DNA from: Phoronis australis
Lineage: Eukaryota; Animalia; Phoronida
Assembly: GCA_002633005.1 (NCBI GenBank)
Contig: NMRA01000090.1
Coordinates: 509,986-573,985, forward strand
DNA length: 64,000 nucleotides
Direction of reading: 5' to 3'
In this document: piece after piece, positions 52,947 to 64,000 of the stretch
Numbering within the stretch: position 1 is the stretch's first letter
How the letters are laid out: each line of letters begins with the position of its first letter
Position numbers and translations under genes: made by a program
The notes under the pieces: generated by a model
Told to the model about the DNA's origin: nothing
The model's input: only the letters and a program-made list of their open reading frames with translations
The model's database searches: none

Positions 52947-54761
52947 GTAAGCACTATTGTTACTGCCTCATATTGATGTTTAGAGATTGAGGTGTGATGA
53001 AAAAGACCGCCTGGGCATTGAAGTTATGTTGTGTCGTTAGTGGTAATTGATCTAGATCAGTTTATAGGTCTTTTCTCGGTTGGTCGGTTGGAGAATCACT
53101 TGTGCGACTGTTTATTTGCGAAGCTTCCGTTTGTTCATCATCATCCAAGACGTGTTTCAATAATATTTCAAAACAGTCGAGTTCCCTTGTTTTGCTGCTG
53201 TTGCCCACAGGTTAATTCTAACCTTTTGTCCTGTTACCCAGGTAACAATCTAGAGTTAACTGTAATAGTAGTAAATTCTTCACAACAATTTTATGGACTC
53301 AGTGCCCAATGCCAATTCAGTAACCAGATGAAAATGGCTTCTACGCGTTTATGCTAAAGGATAGGGTACAAATAATCCAGGAATGTCGAATTTCATGTTG
53401 GCCTGTAAACAAATCTAGGAAATGGATATGGGAACATTTTCAGTCTTTGGAACAACTGGTGAATTGATTGGGGCAAATTAGTAGTGTGGGACACAAGACT
53501 AGATAAAAAGCATAGACGGACTTGGGGTAGTGTGGGCGGCTGAGAATTTTTCAAGCAAATGTTTCTCCTTCCTCAATATCCGTTTTGAGCTATTAGAGCA
53601 GAAATAGTTATAAGAAACTAGTTTTCATATCTGTCCGGCTGCTATAACGATCGCCGTACTGACATTAGTATTAAGACCATTGCCACCAAAAGCTCCTTTG
53701 CCACCACGGATGTATTTCGTAAAGATGACTTCTGAGTCTTAAAGATTTAGGAGAGACATTTCGTCTCAAGCTCCTACTATTGCTGAAAATGATTCGGATA
53801 AGTAATTATGAGGGCATTGCACTTGAAAAATATTTGAAATTATCTCAGTTGCTACCAGTTGGGCTCACATTCTCAGAGACTCATGTACTTTTGTTCAAGC
53901 AAGATTCTATTATATTTCAGAAATTGTTGTGGAGCGTGAGACCCATTTTCTGAGTTGCCTTAAATCACTTATCTTGAAACAAACCGTAGTTTGCACCTGC
54001 AGTTTAATCCCTATCAACTGAGTTAGTGTCAACACGGTCAGAATTTGACCATTCAGTCGTGTCCGCCGTGAGCACTCTCGACTGGTTTACGAGCTGTATT
54101 TTTAATTGAACAAAAGTCATTAAATACACAACATTTGGGCTGCGCTTCGTTTCGTTTACCGATAACATGCAAGACTACGCTTATGAACGGCAAGACCTCA
54201 AATAGTGAATCGCTAGTCAGCTCCAAGTCTCACAAATGTACGCTACCATACAGCGTACACTGAAATAAGATAATTAACAGACGGGCCGGAAATTTGAATT
54301 ATGGGAGAACAATGTGCCACGATATTTCTCCAGCAGTTTCTTGCCAGTTACTTGCGTTACGGAACGCGCCCAACTCCTGACCTCACGCGAAAGATGAAAA
54401 AATATTACGAAGCAACCCAAACCATTGATGTGCCGACATAAGTGTAAGATGTATGGCGTGTTCTATGACCACCACCTTAGTGTAAAGGGTTTCAACGTCC
54501 GCCACGAAGTCTGTGTGAAGATCTCCCATTTAAATCTTTACGTAGAAACTGTGTTTCGCTAAAAGGTTAAGCAATAGTGTTTTAGGATTTCCGAAAACCG
54601 CAAATTATGTAATTTCTACCTTTACACGTGAACATCTTATAGCCCATTTTCACGTCATTTTTATCTCCGGGCTTGGCGGCTCCTCAAGCACATCTTCGAT
54701 CCGAAGAGTTTAGCACTTTATCCGTCAATTTTATATTCCTTAGTGACATTTCTTTTTTCAG

Positions 54762-54845
54762 AAAGTACACAAGTTCATCACCAAGGGAAAGCTACTCGTA
54801 AGGAGCAGTCGAAAGACAAGAAATGGCGCTAATCTCTTGTCGTAA
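54762..54845 (+). CDS. Candidate terminal coding exon of the mucin-like gene
   Basis: Strong acceptor tttcttttttcag; phase-0 frame KVHKFITKGK...LLS*; AATAAA near 55146. Confidence 0.35.
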   Translation, partial: KVHKFITKGKLLVRSSRKTRNGANLLS

Positions 54846-56005
54846 AAGTTCCTAATCTTTACTTTGGATAGTATCTAAAATGCTCATATACATGTAGTTC
54901 ACTAGACAGTCACTTTAACACATTCGATGTAGATTCATCTGATCAATTTACTTGTGGTGGTAAAATTACATAAACAATTAATATAATAATGTATTGTGTA
55001 ACAGTCGGAATTAGACTTGATGCTTTTTGCATTTTACCTCAACCTAACTTTATCTGTGTTTTAATGCTTCTTTGTCTTGCTTAACATTTTACATTTATTT
55101 TATTCCAATGATGTACGAATGCACAATCGGCATGATGTTATAAACAATAAATTATAATCAGGAGCGAACTAGTTGGTTTGATTGTGGTAAGTGGCAGTAT
55201 TAGTCCAACGTTTATTTTGCTTTGCTGAGTGTGTTTACTTATTCAAGTTCCAAAACGAGCATTTATTTTGGTAGATTCCCTAAGGAGACTGCTGATAATA
55301 TTAGCGGGTGTGTACATCTAGGTCACACAGATTCATTCGATTACCACCTACCGTAACTGATAACGACACCTGCACGCGTTGTCGTCAAGAAAATGCCAAG
55401 AGGTGAATGACGACGAAATGAGAGCATTTCTGAAGTTAGCGTTGTTTCATTTCTATTTCAGTTCGTACTCTACGCTACAAGCAGGCTTGTAGACTTGCTG
55501 GGTATGACCAATGAATTTAAAACAGTGTCTGGGACACGGGACATGTAGAAGGCCTAGGTAACGTGTCGGCCAGCTTAGCGAAGTTGATTTCCAAAAATTT
55601 CGACACTGCTGTCTTGTCGTTGTTATCCTTTATTTTAAATTTACCTCGGTAACCACAACTGAACTATGATGATGCGTAGTGAATGACGTTTTGAATAACG
55701 TTCCGAATCCTCGTCAGGCTACTGATTTACACGACGCGTGTTACAGGTTAAATACATATTGGTCCCAATAAGTAAGCAGTGAGGATATTTGGTGAAAGAA
55801 GTCTTAAACAAACAATATTTCACGTCTTAACAACTTTCTGATTCACAAGACATGGGTCCTAATTAAACCGTTTACAACGAATTCCTGCCATCGACAACTG
55901 TGTCCTCTCACACTCGACGTGTCTTCCAACAATCAATACAAATTGAGTATATGTATATGTGTGTGTATGTATGTATGTGTGAATGTATCCCTATGCATTA
56001 TATTA

Positions 56006-56007
<2 letters not shown>

Positions 56008-56076
<69 letters not shown>
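56008..56076. repeat. (TG)n microsatellite
   Basis: Direct reading. Confidence 0.95.
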
Positions 56077-56694
56077 ATTTGTGTAAATACACAACTAGAA
56101 AGACCTTCCAGCAGGGCTACCCACTTAAATGTTAATGCTCGTCTCATGCGTTTTAGATAGGCCTATATCATGTTTCCATACTACATGTATGGCTGCATAA
56201 TTTCTCACCCAAACAATCTACATGTATAGATTCCCAAACCGTTTTGAGGTGTGGATGTGGAAACATTATGTCTTAACTCCACTGATCTGTTTACGCCAAC
56301 TTCTCGCCCATTGACATTGGCACGATGTTTCGACAAGTCTTCAGGTGTTACACCATTCTTAGAATAACGAACTAGGTTGTATGGTACAGTGTATACTTGT
56401 GGTGTCCAATGATGAGCACCTTTTAAGTGGTCATCATTGACCACTGAGTGTAACAGTAACATTAATCTGGGAACGAACGTTCTTCTAAGAACGTGTAATA
56501 CCTGACGATGGCCGGAGAAATAACGAATGGAGCGTCGTGCCAATCTAAGTGGGCTAGATGCTGTACGTAGACCAATGGTTTCAGAAATGATCTTACCAGA
56601 TCGTCTACTGCTCAGCTCATGAAATAACATTACCAAACTGCGCCTCTCGCGACATCGAGTAGTTCTAGGATCAAATATGACTACCATACAGAGC

Positions 56695-59600
56695 TCACTT
56701 AATTGAGTGCAATGACACCGAACTACTGCTTCTTGTGAATGATTTTCTCATGTGTAAGAGTTTGCGAGCATTACTTTTTAGAATGTTTGACGTCTGTGGT
56801 TCTTCGTTGTGACTTAATTCCGCAGTTCTTTCTTGTGGCAATTCTTTCGTTTGCTCAGTGTTACTCTTGTCAAACACAAATTCTGTCAACGACATGTTTT
56901 TTGGAATGGTTGTCGCAGGTGGATCATACCCTCTTAAATAACGACACATTCGGACGTCGTCCCACAATTTCTGGGTACGTTTCTGCTTCTCAATTATCTT
57001 TCCTACAAATTCTCGCAGCTTAGAGGTGCCATGGTTCTTCTTTAATGGCCGCCATCTCATTGACGCTGACGTAGAAGCTGCTCCGGAGCTGCTCTGGTTT
57101 TTTACCACTCTTGCCTCAGCTGTTGTAGCTAGAGCTGGACTGCAAACTTCTTTTGCCTCACATTCTTTGTTATTTAAGGATAAAATTCTAATACCTTGTC
57201 CTGAAAGCCCGGGGAGTGCTTCCGTTGGTGTTACTGAGGTATGCTTTTTTACGCGATCGTTGCTGAGCGCGAAAATGTGTTTTTGGTTTACATTCGTTGA
57301 TGACGTGCTAGACAACTCTGAGACGTCATTACCGCTAGTGGCAACGGACTTTCTGCCAGATATCAAAAGTTTAGAACCGGTTATGTCAGACAAGTTTCCA
57401 TTATCCGAAGATGGCATATTTATTTTGGAAGTAGCCAACTCTCGGTGATGGTATGAGGCTGATTTCGTACGAGGAACAGTTAACGGCACACTCTCATCTT
57501 TTTCTTGCTGATTACTTTTTTGTAACGTAAGTTGATAATTCTCGTTGTTTGTCACACCTAGCGATATTTTGGCTCCCAGACTCCTTTTCTTTGAGAAGTG
57601 TATGTTGACCCCGTCCATGGACACTGATTCTCGACGGAATGAATCTGAAGAAAAGCAATGCATTTCCAATTATCTAAATGTTTGCAGGAGTCCTCAATGG
57701 TTTTGCAATTCATTAAGTTTCAGAACTTGACAGTAAACCCTAGCAAATTTCAAACATGACGACACCATAACATTCCCGCTTGAATCTAAGCGGGGAGTGA
57801 AGGAGTGACCTTAAAGCCAACTGGGGCAAAAGACAAGATCTCGCTCAATCAGCAGACTATGGTTTCAGTTTTCTTTCTACAGGAAAGGGTCGGGCATCTT
57901 GCTTGCGTTGCAACGTGACAACCACTTCAACGAAAAGCACTTTTTTGAGGTTGTGAGAAATACATTTCGCTATGAAATTAAGTCACACAATTGTAATCCG
58001 ACTAAACTCAAGAGTTGCAAATACGTTCCCGGCCCTTACCTGCTTGGTCCCGCCGTTGTATGTTCTTGGGAATACTACGTCTTCGTTTTATACTGTCCAA
58101 CTCATCGTGTAGCAGATTGGTCATCTTTTGAATATCCAACCGTCTGCGCTCCGCCTGAAAATCTCAAATAATGTGTTACTGCTTCAAGTCATATATACAC
58201 CGACGGAGTACAGTACGCTCAACAAAAACTTCTTGCGGCACTGTTGCCACTTTTAAAGTGACTTTCGCCATTAACGTTCTGAGCTCATTGCAGGACTGCG
58301 TTCCGTAGACCCAAAAATCGTGCGTAAACGCAAGACTTCGCGAGATATTGGCAAGGCATGTATTGCGAACGAAACGCGTGGTCACACTAGCTTCTACTGG
58401 CCACGAAACTCGCCTTAGCGGTCCGTTTAATGAACAGTGGCTCATGATTATTCGATAAACAGTTATTTTTGAAAATCTCCATGATAGCTAGTAGCAGCAT
58501 ATATTAAAGAAAACAACAATGGTTTTAAGTCGACTTGACATGTTTCGGTGTCATTTATTCAAACACCATCATCAGAAGAGAGAATGCAGTGGCCACCTAG
58601 CTAGGCGAATTTATTTAACCCTAAGGACAAAAGCCTATGGGTCAGGGTAGTGCACAAATTTATCTGTGCTGGATGTGGCTCCAGTTATATAGGCGAAACT
58701 GTTCGCCATTTGAAAACCGGGACTAAGGAACATCTAAATTCTGACAGAGGTTCACAGGTAAGTATTCACCTACAGAGCTCCAATCATTGTTATCAGCAGT
58801 GCTCTTTCAATGACTTTGCAATGATAGACCAGACAGTAACAACAAAGGAGCTTAAAATTCATGAGACTCTACACATAATTTGGTGCAAGCCCCATCTCAA
58901 TAGGCAACTGGCACACCACAGGTTGTCATTGTTGGTCTTATTCACTCCCTGTAACTGACTGTATCTGTGCTTCATTACTTGCTGGGCCTAGCTAGGTGGC
59001 CACTGCATTCTCTCTTCTGATGATGGTTTTTGAATAAATGACACCGAAACATGTCAAGTCGACTTAAAACCATTGTTGTTTTCTTTAATATTTTTGAAAA
59101 GCAAATTAATTTAGCCAAAGCTCAAGGACTCTAGTCATTCATTTACTTAGAAGTAGCTCTGCAGTCACCAATAAAATTTTCAAATTCATCCAGAGGTGTC
59201 TGGTCAGGTGGCCGTAGCGAAAAAAGCATTGTTTTGTAAATTGTAATAGGCAAAGCGAAAACGCCACATACCAAAATTTAAAAATCCAGCGATATATTAA
59301 ATCTCTTACAAGCAAATCTTCTGCCATGAAACAGACCACTGGAGGCGTTTTTAATATTCATCAACGTTTAGCCTATTTGTGATCACAGTCACCTTTGTAA
59401 CTCCAGGTTCGCCGTTCTTTCAAATCAATGTGGAGTGATTTTGTACGCTATAAGCAAGTTTCCTCTCAATCGTTTACAAGGGTGAAGATCAGTAAATAAC
59501 CGCTGAGCAAGAAGTCTTATCAGACCTCCCAGTGACTCTTTAATGAGTCTATAAGGGACATCATGATCGTTCAAAGATGTCTCGATGCTTCCTAAAGACC

Positions 59601-61078
59601 TGGGACAACTATGACTTTTAGTTATAATTTGTCCAGGTCAGTTGTGGCATTTAGTATAACGAGTGCTCATGATTGGTCGAAGGTTCTCTACAAATAACAA
59701 AAAGCAAACGCGAATGGGGGACACCGAGCCGAGAAAACATATTGGCGGAGGCGCATCGAGACTAAGCATCGCCTGAGAAGCTGTAGAATGAGAGAATCAA
59801 GCCTTCGGTATTTAGGGACAACCTCTTTTTTCATTTAGTGTTGGCGCTGCACTTTATTTTATTTTAAGGAAACTGCATTTTCCTTCAAAGCAAAGTCAAA
59901 TCTACCTTGCGATGAATCAAAGCATTGAAAAATTACATTTGAATGATCAAAAACCACAACAAGTGCCGCCTGTTGTCTACTTTGGTAAAATAGTAAGACG
60001 GAATATTATCGTGAAATTGTGAAGGAACTTGTATTTTGTTATATCAAAAATACTCAAATTTTACCAAAGAGGATAAATTTTGTGTTGGTGTAATACAACT
60101 GTTCAGAAGTTCGTAATTTGGAAGGTGTGGAAGATCAGACTCGAGATCGACCTCAAAAATGTAGTGTAGATGGATCGTAATTAGCTCTTGGATACAACAT
60201 CATTTGAGCTACGAGTTCGATTATGAACTTAAAAATCTCGAATTTTTAGTTTATAGCTCGAATCTTGCGCGCTTGGATGGGACAGCCATCTTCGTAAACC
60301 TTAATAAATGCTCTAGACAATTATCCTGACCTTGTATTCAAGTAGAACAGAAAATGACAAAACTATTTTCGATTTCGAATTCGAGTAAAGAAAATGGACC
60401 CTGGGTCATGGAAGCAAAGTAACTTGTCATCACTACCGTGTGTAACTGTAATGATATTTTTAAATAAGTGCTTCCCAATTTTATGTATAAGCGATTTGAA
60501 AAATATGTTTATCAAATTAAAAAAAATGGAACCATTGTCAGTTTGATTAAATAGTTTACAACTTCGATGGTAATGACGATCAAAATGTTCGGGATGGTAG
60601 TTTCAAATTTCATCATTTGTTGACGCTCACAAGTTAAAAATTTGCCTTAAATTTGAATTCTAACATGGAAAATCGAAAACTCCTGCTTATGGACATCTGA
60701 ATATTGTTAATAAATATGTTCTATTACATGTCAAATTTACATAATTTGCAATATTTAAATATCAAATTTTACGAAAATGTCCATTTACACATGTTGTGAT
60801 CTATTTGGTTAACTGGTCAATATTTTGGAAAAATATTTTTTCAAGGTTGTTAACAGAACTTGGACGCACTACATTACCTGCCTGTCCAGATTCGCAAGGT
60901 GCAGCTTAAGCCTGTTGTCTGCTGCGTTTCTGTTCATTTTGTTGTCATTTGTCTCGTCAATGTCTTCTTGTCCACTATTCACCTTTTCCTGCACGAGGCC
61001 CACATCCAATATTGGTTCTCTAGCGTGTCGTTGTAAAATATAACGGAGGGAGGCTCGCCGCTCAGTATTGTGGGCCAT
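56695..61078 (-). CDS. Three-exon gene (61078-60878, 58154-58040, 57644-56695), ~421 aa: N-terminal coiled coil, Ser/Thr-rich disordered middle, WDDVRMCRYLRG motif; CCDC190-like (tentative)
   Basis: CAG|gtaatg; tttcag|GCGGAG...GCAG|gtaagg; cttttcttcag|ATTCA. Phases 0 and 1 give an unbroken frame (...LANLDRQ|AERRRLDIQKMTNLLHDELDSIKRR...QA|DSFRRES...). Confidence 0.8.
58534..58578 (-). ncRNA. Minimal type-I hammerhead ribozyme motif (inverted copy, perfect GGTGT/ACACC stem II)
   Basis: The minus strand reads ctt-CTGATGA-t-GGTGT-ttgaataaatg-ACACC-GAAAC-at-GTC^aag. Confidence 0.72.
58650..58958 (+). pseudogene. GIY-YIG endonuclease domain fragment (PLE C-terminus)
   Basis: YIGET..HL...EH and E..HI...P.LN motifs. 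The conserved Tyr (VVY>VVH) and Arg (TR>TG) appear mutated, and there is no RT domain. Confidence 0.8.
59014..59058 (+). ncRNA. Minimal type-I hammerhead ribozyme motif (element sense copy)
   Basis: ctt-CTGATGA-t-ggttt..acacc-GAAAC-at-GTC^aag; predicted cut after 59055. Confidence 0.7.
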
Positions 61079-64000
61079 TGTAGTGTTTGGCGATCGATTC
61101 CTAAACTATCATTTACTTACTGAAATTTACCGTAAATTGCGAGTGCCATGAATATTTCACCAGCTCTGCTAGTTAGTGGCAACCACAAAGTCCGTTTGCG
61201 AAGAATGAAGAAGGTCGCGATTCATACAATGCACAGTATACGCGTACGTTTGGTTGAATAACGACTCCTGTGTATCAACAACTGGAGCTTGTCAACACTC
61301 GTTCAGCCTCAGTAATGATGCGCGCTACATTCACCTTTTCACATGACAGTAATATTGATGATTACACTTCTGGAGATGCTCGGCTTATTTTCTTACAGCA
61401 TTGCCAAAACCAAGATAAATTGAACAATGTCATGCGAGGACCTTTTATAACACTTCTTTCAGAGTTTCAATATACACAGCATTGACGAGTACTATTACGT
61501 AGCCCCTGAGCCGGACCTTTCTACTCAAAGACTACATTGAATTAAAGGGTATAATTTGTGTCATTCAAAGACGATATATTAATGGCCTCTAAAAGGGGGT
61601 TACTCAGCATCTTGAGTGCGTTTTCATTCTTATCAGAACAATAATGAACAACTTGCATATCTTTTTCGCAGTTATGATCGCTAATTTGGGTTCGACCCGC
61701 TATTCCCGGTACTTCTATTACGCCACCCATATGCGCCATATGTTTCGCTCCACTCGTTAAATTAATAAGTTCAGTTACAGGGGGTCATATTTCGGCGTGC
61801 CTCAGGCGCATGAGCCTAAGCCAGTGTGCCGTAACGATAACAAAAGAAACACTTAACATTTGGAGAAAAAAAAACGCTTTTCAACAGTATTCTGAAGCTC
61901 TGTTTTGTTAGGTTTGTGGGCTTCCTACCATGTATAATTATTGGCCAACATTATCTTCTATGTATTTACTATATCTAATTAACACATACTGGTAAATTGC
62001 CGATTATATAATTGTCCAAATCTCGTGTGAAAAAGGCGACATACCGCTCATGGGATGGATGTTATAACAGTTGCTGCTAGCAGTAATCGCTTAAAGAATC
62101 ATTATGCGAATTTGAAGATGTGTCCCTGATGAGAAGGCCATGATTGAGGTTGACTTTTGGACGGGAATGACTACTGTTTATTTCGTCTGCGGTGAATCTG
62201 CTTAAAGCTAAGCGTACATCGACAAGGCAGACTCGGCACATGTCAATTTCTAACCACGCGTACACAGGTAATTTAGCGATTGTGAGAAACTAGGCAGTCT
62301 CATCAGTCACGTTTGTGCACTCATCGAAAGGGACTGGCAGTGAATGAGTTGCAACCATTGAAGAGTAGGCTAGGAGGCATTTGTAATCACGTGACAAGCA
62401 TACAAAAATGTGAGTATTTGCCACTTAGATATTTGGGTAGTAATATACTTTCCATCAATATTCCTTTTTATGCAATTGACCGTCCAGTTTTCTTTTAATA
62501 CAGTCCTTAAAGTCCTTATCTCAAAGGGCATTCTAGTTCAAAAACTTAGAAATATATACCAATAATTAAGTAATATGTAACATAGCATAATGTTCAATCC
62601 TTTCTGTTATCAAACTAAAAGCCTTTTTAGCACAGTTTTGTACCTCTGCCGAAATCGAAAAATCATCGACTATTCCTGTCTATTTCCGTGACCTGAATTC
62701 CTGTGTGTCAGTTCAGGAACGATTCCTGAATACACCATGTTGTCCTTTGAAAACGTATTGATATCACCGTGAGCGTAAATGCGTTGTTACTTTGTTTGGT
62801 TGTTTTCAATTCCCATTTTTAGTTCTTTTTACACTAACTTGATTATTTATTGTCCTAACTTTACCTGGTCTTTACATATGACAAATGGTATTTAATGCAT
62901 AATCGTAAGTTTGAAGTACCTTCGCAAAGTCTTCCGCGTAGCCAACGCTCGGCTACTTAGGTCAGCCCTGACTCATCGCGAGGGTAGGATACGTCAAATT
63001 TCAGCAACATTACCTCTTTAGGCAATAAATTAGAGGAAAAAAATCTTCATGTCTTATCTTCATAGCCATATCAAGAAATTGATGCAAAGTACCAGCCTGA
63101 AGTGAGCAATTGTCGTGTCACGGTGACTACCCGGACGTGTGAGCGCAGGGCGTAATTGCAGGGCAGCAAATCGGTACCGGCTTTACTGGCCGTTTTAAAG
63201 TGTAAAATAGAAAAAAGACATCCACATACGGCGATGTGTCGACAAACAAGTTTCATCTCAAAACTGACAGTGTGACGGTGCTCCACATCTGTGCTTGATT
63301 TTGCTGCCAGGACACAGTCACGGCGACTGCAGGCCTTGGAATTACAACGCCGGGAAAATATCACTTGCTAAACTTGCTTTGAAGTTCAACTATCAGGTAC
63401 AATATATTTTTCAAACCTCACAAAAACAAACTTGCATGTACCTGATTATAAAAATTCCGCGCCGTAAACCGGACTGGCGGGGGGAGTGTAGTGGATTTTA
63501 ATCAATGAGCTGAATGTCGGCGATGGGAAAATATTGGAGTATTAGGAGCATGACGCAGTCTTTTTTAATCTCTTTGTCACAGGAATTTCTCTTATTCAGG
63601 GCCGGGTAGCTAATTAATGTCTTCATCTTGCCTCGCGGAGCACAGATGTTCGACCACACACTGCATGCCAGGCGGCTAGCAGCGTATACGAATGTTTCTG
63701 GCTAAGTGGGAATATTCCTTTTAATTATATTATACCATTTGGCACCATAGCAATTTTTGTATCTGAAATTATTTCGCCGCCAAAGGGTATTCTCTTGGCG
63801 GTCAGCCGCCCGGCTGTAGGCGAAGTCGCGTCTAAGTTGATTTTTCGCAAGTTTAACTGTCAGGATAGTCTAACTGTATAGCAATTTTTATTCAATAATT
63901 TGATGTTGCATGTTCGTTGTTCTGTTTATGCTGCTTGTTTACCAGAGGTAGTTAAACCTAGTAAAACACGCTTAGCCTAGTCCGCCATAGTTGCCCCGTT

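Larger units (their letters stand above)
58501..59091 (+). mobile_element. 5'-truncated Penelope-like element: GIY-YIG endonuclease remnant between inverted pLTR copies
   Basis: VVHKFICAGCGSSYIGETVRHLKTGTKEH...LKIHETLHI...KPHLN; 58501-58606 and 58986-59091 are reverse complements with one mismatch. Confidence 0.88.

Noticed and set aside
56739-57730. Plus-strand ORFs of 61-140 aa
   Set aside because: Antisense shadows of the large minus-strand exon
58501-59091. Reading the inverted repeats as DNA-transposon TIRs
   Set aside because: The enclosed ORF is a PLE-type GIY-YIG, not a transposase, and the arms contain hammerhead motifs typical of pLTRs
61170-61183. RFX X-box upstream of the minus-strand gene
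   Set aside because: Only a half site (GGCAAC) matches
61680-61745. B-box-like ggttcgaccc as a possible tRNA gene
   Set aside because: No cloverleaf could be folded; at most a SINE trace

Overview
AT-rich (roughly 36-38% GC, estimated by eye) metazoan genomic DNA, probably from a marine invertebrate (inference), with five single-N assembly joins. Positions ~2.6-55 kb on the + strand hold one very large multi-exon gene whose 5' end lies upstream of the window. It encodes a type-I membrane, MUC4/SUSD2-related 'mucin-like' protein: Sushi array 1 (16 complete exons plus gap-broken copies, with an LDLa pair inside) - EGF - NIDO - AMOP - VWD(GDPH) - cadherin/Ig-like - ~15 EGF/cbEGF - Sushi array 2 (8 exons) - SEA(GSVVV) - EGF-like - TM - cytoplasmic tail. 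I chained the exons by hand using splice sites and intron phase. Both Sushi arrays are built from symmetric phase-1 cassettes (mostly 177 nt) and show duplication, deletion, chimerisation and exon death. On the - strand a convergent three-exon gene (~421 aa; N-terminal coiled coil plus a CRYLR motif, CCDC190-like from memory) spans 56.7-61.1 kb. Its first intron carries a 5'-truncated Penelope-like retroelement: a GIY-YIG remnant between two 106-bp inverted repeats, each containing a minimal hammerhead-ribozyme motif. Introns also contain MITEs, palindromic elements, and micro- and minisatellites. No rRNA, tRNA or CRISPR was seen.
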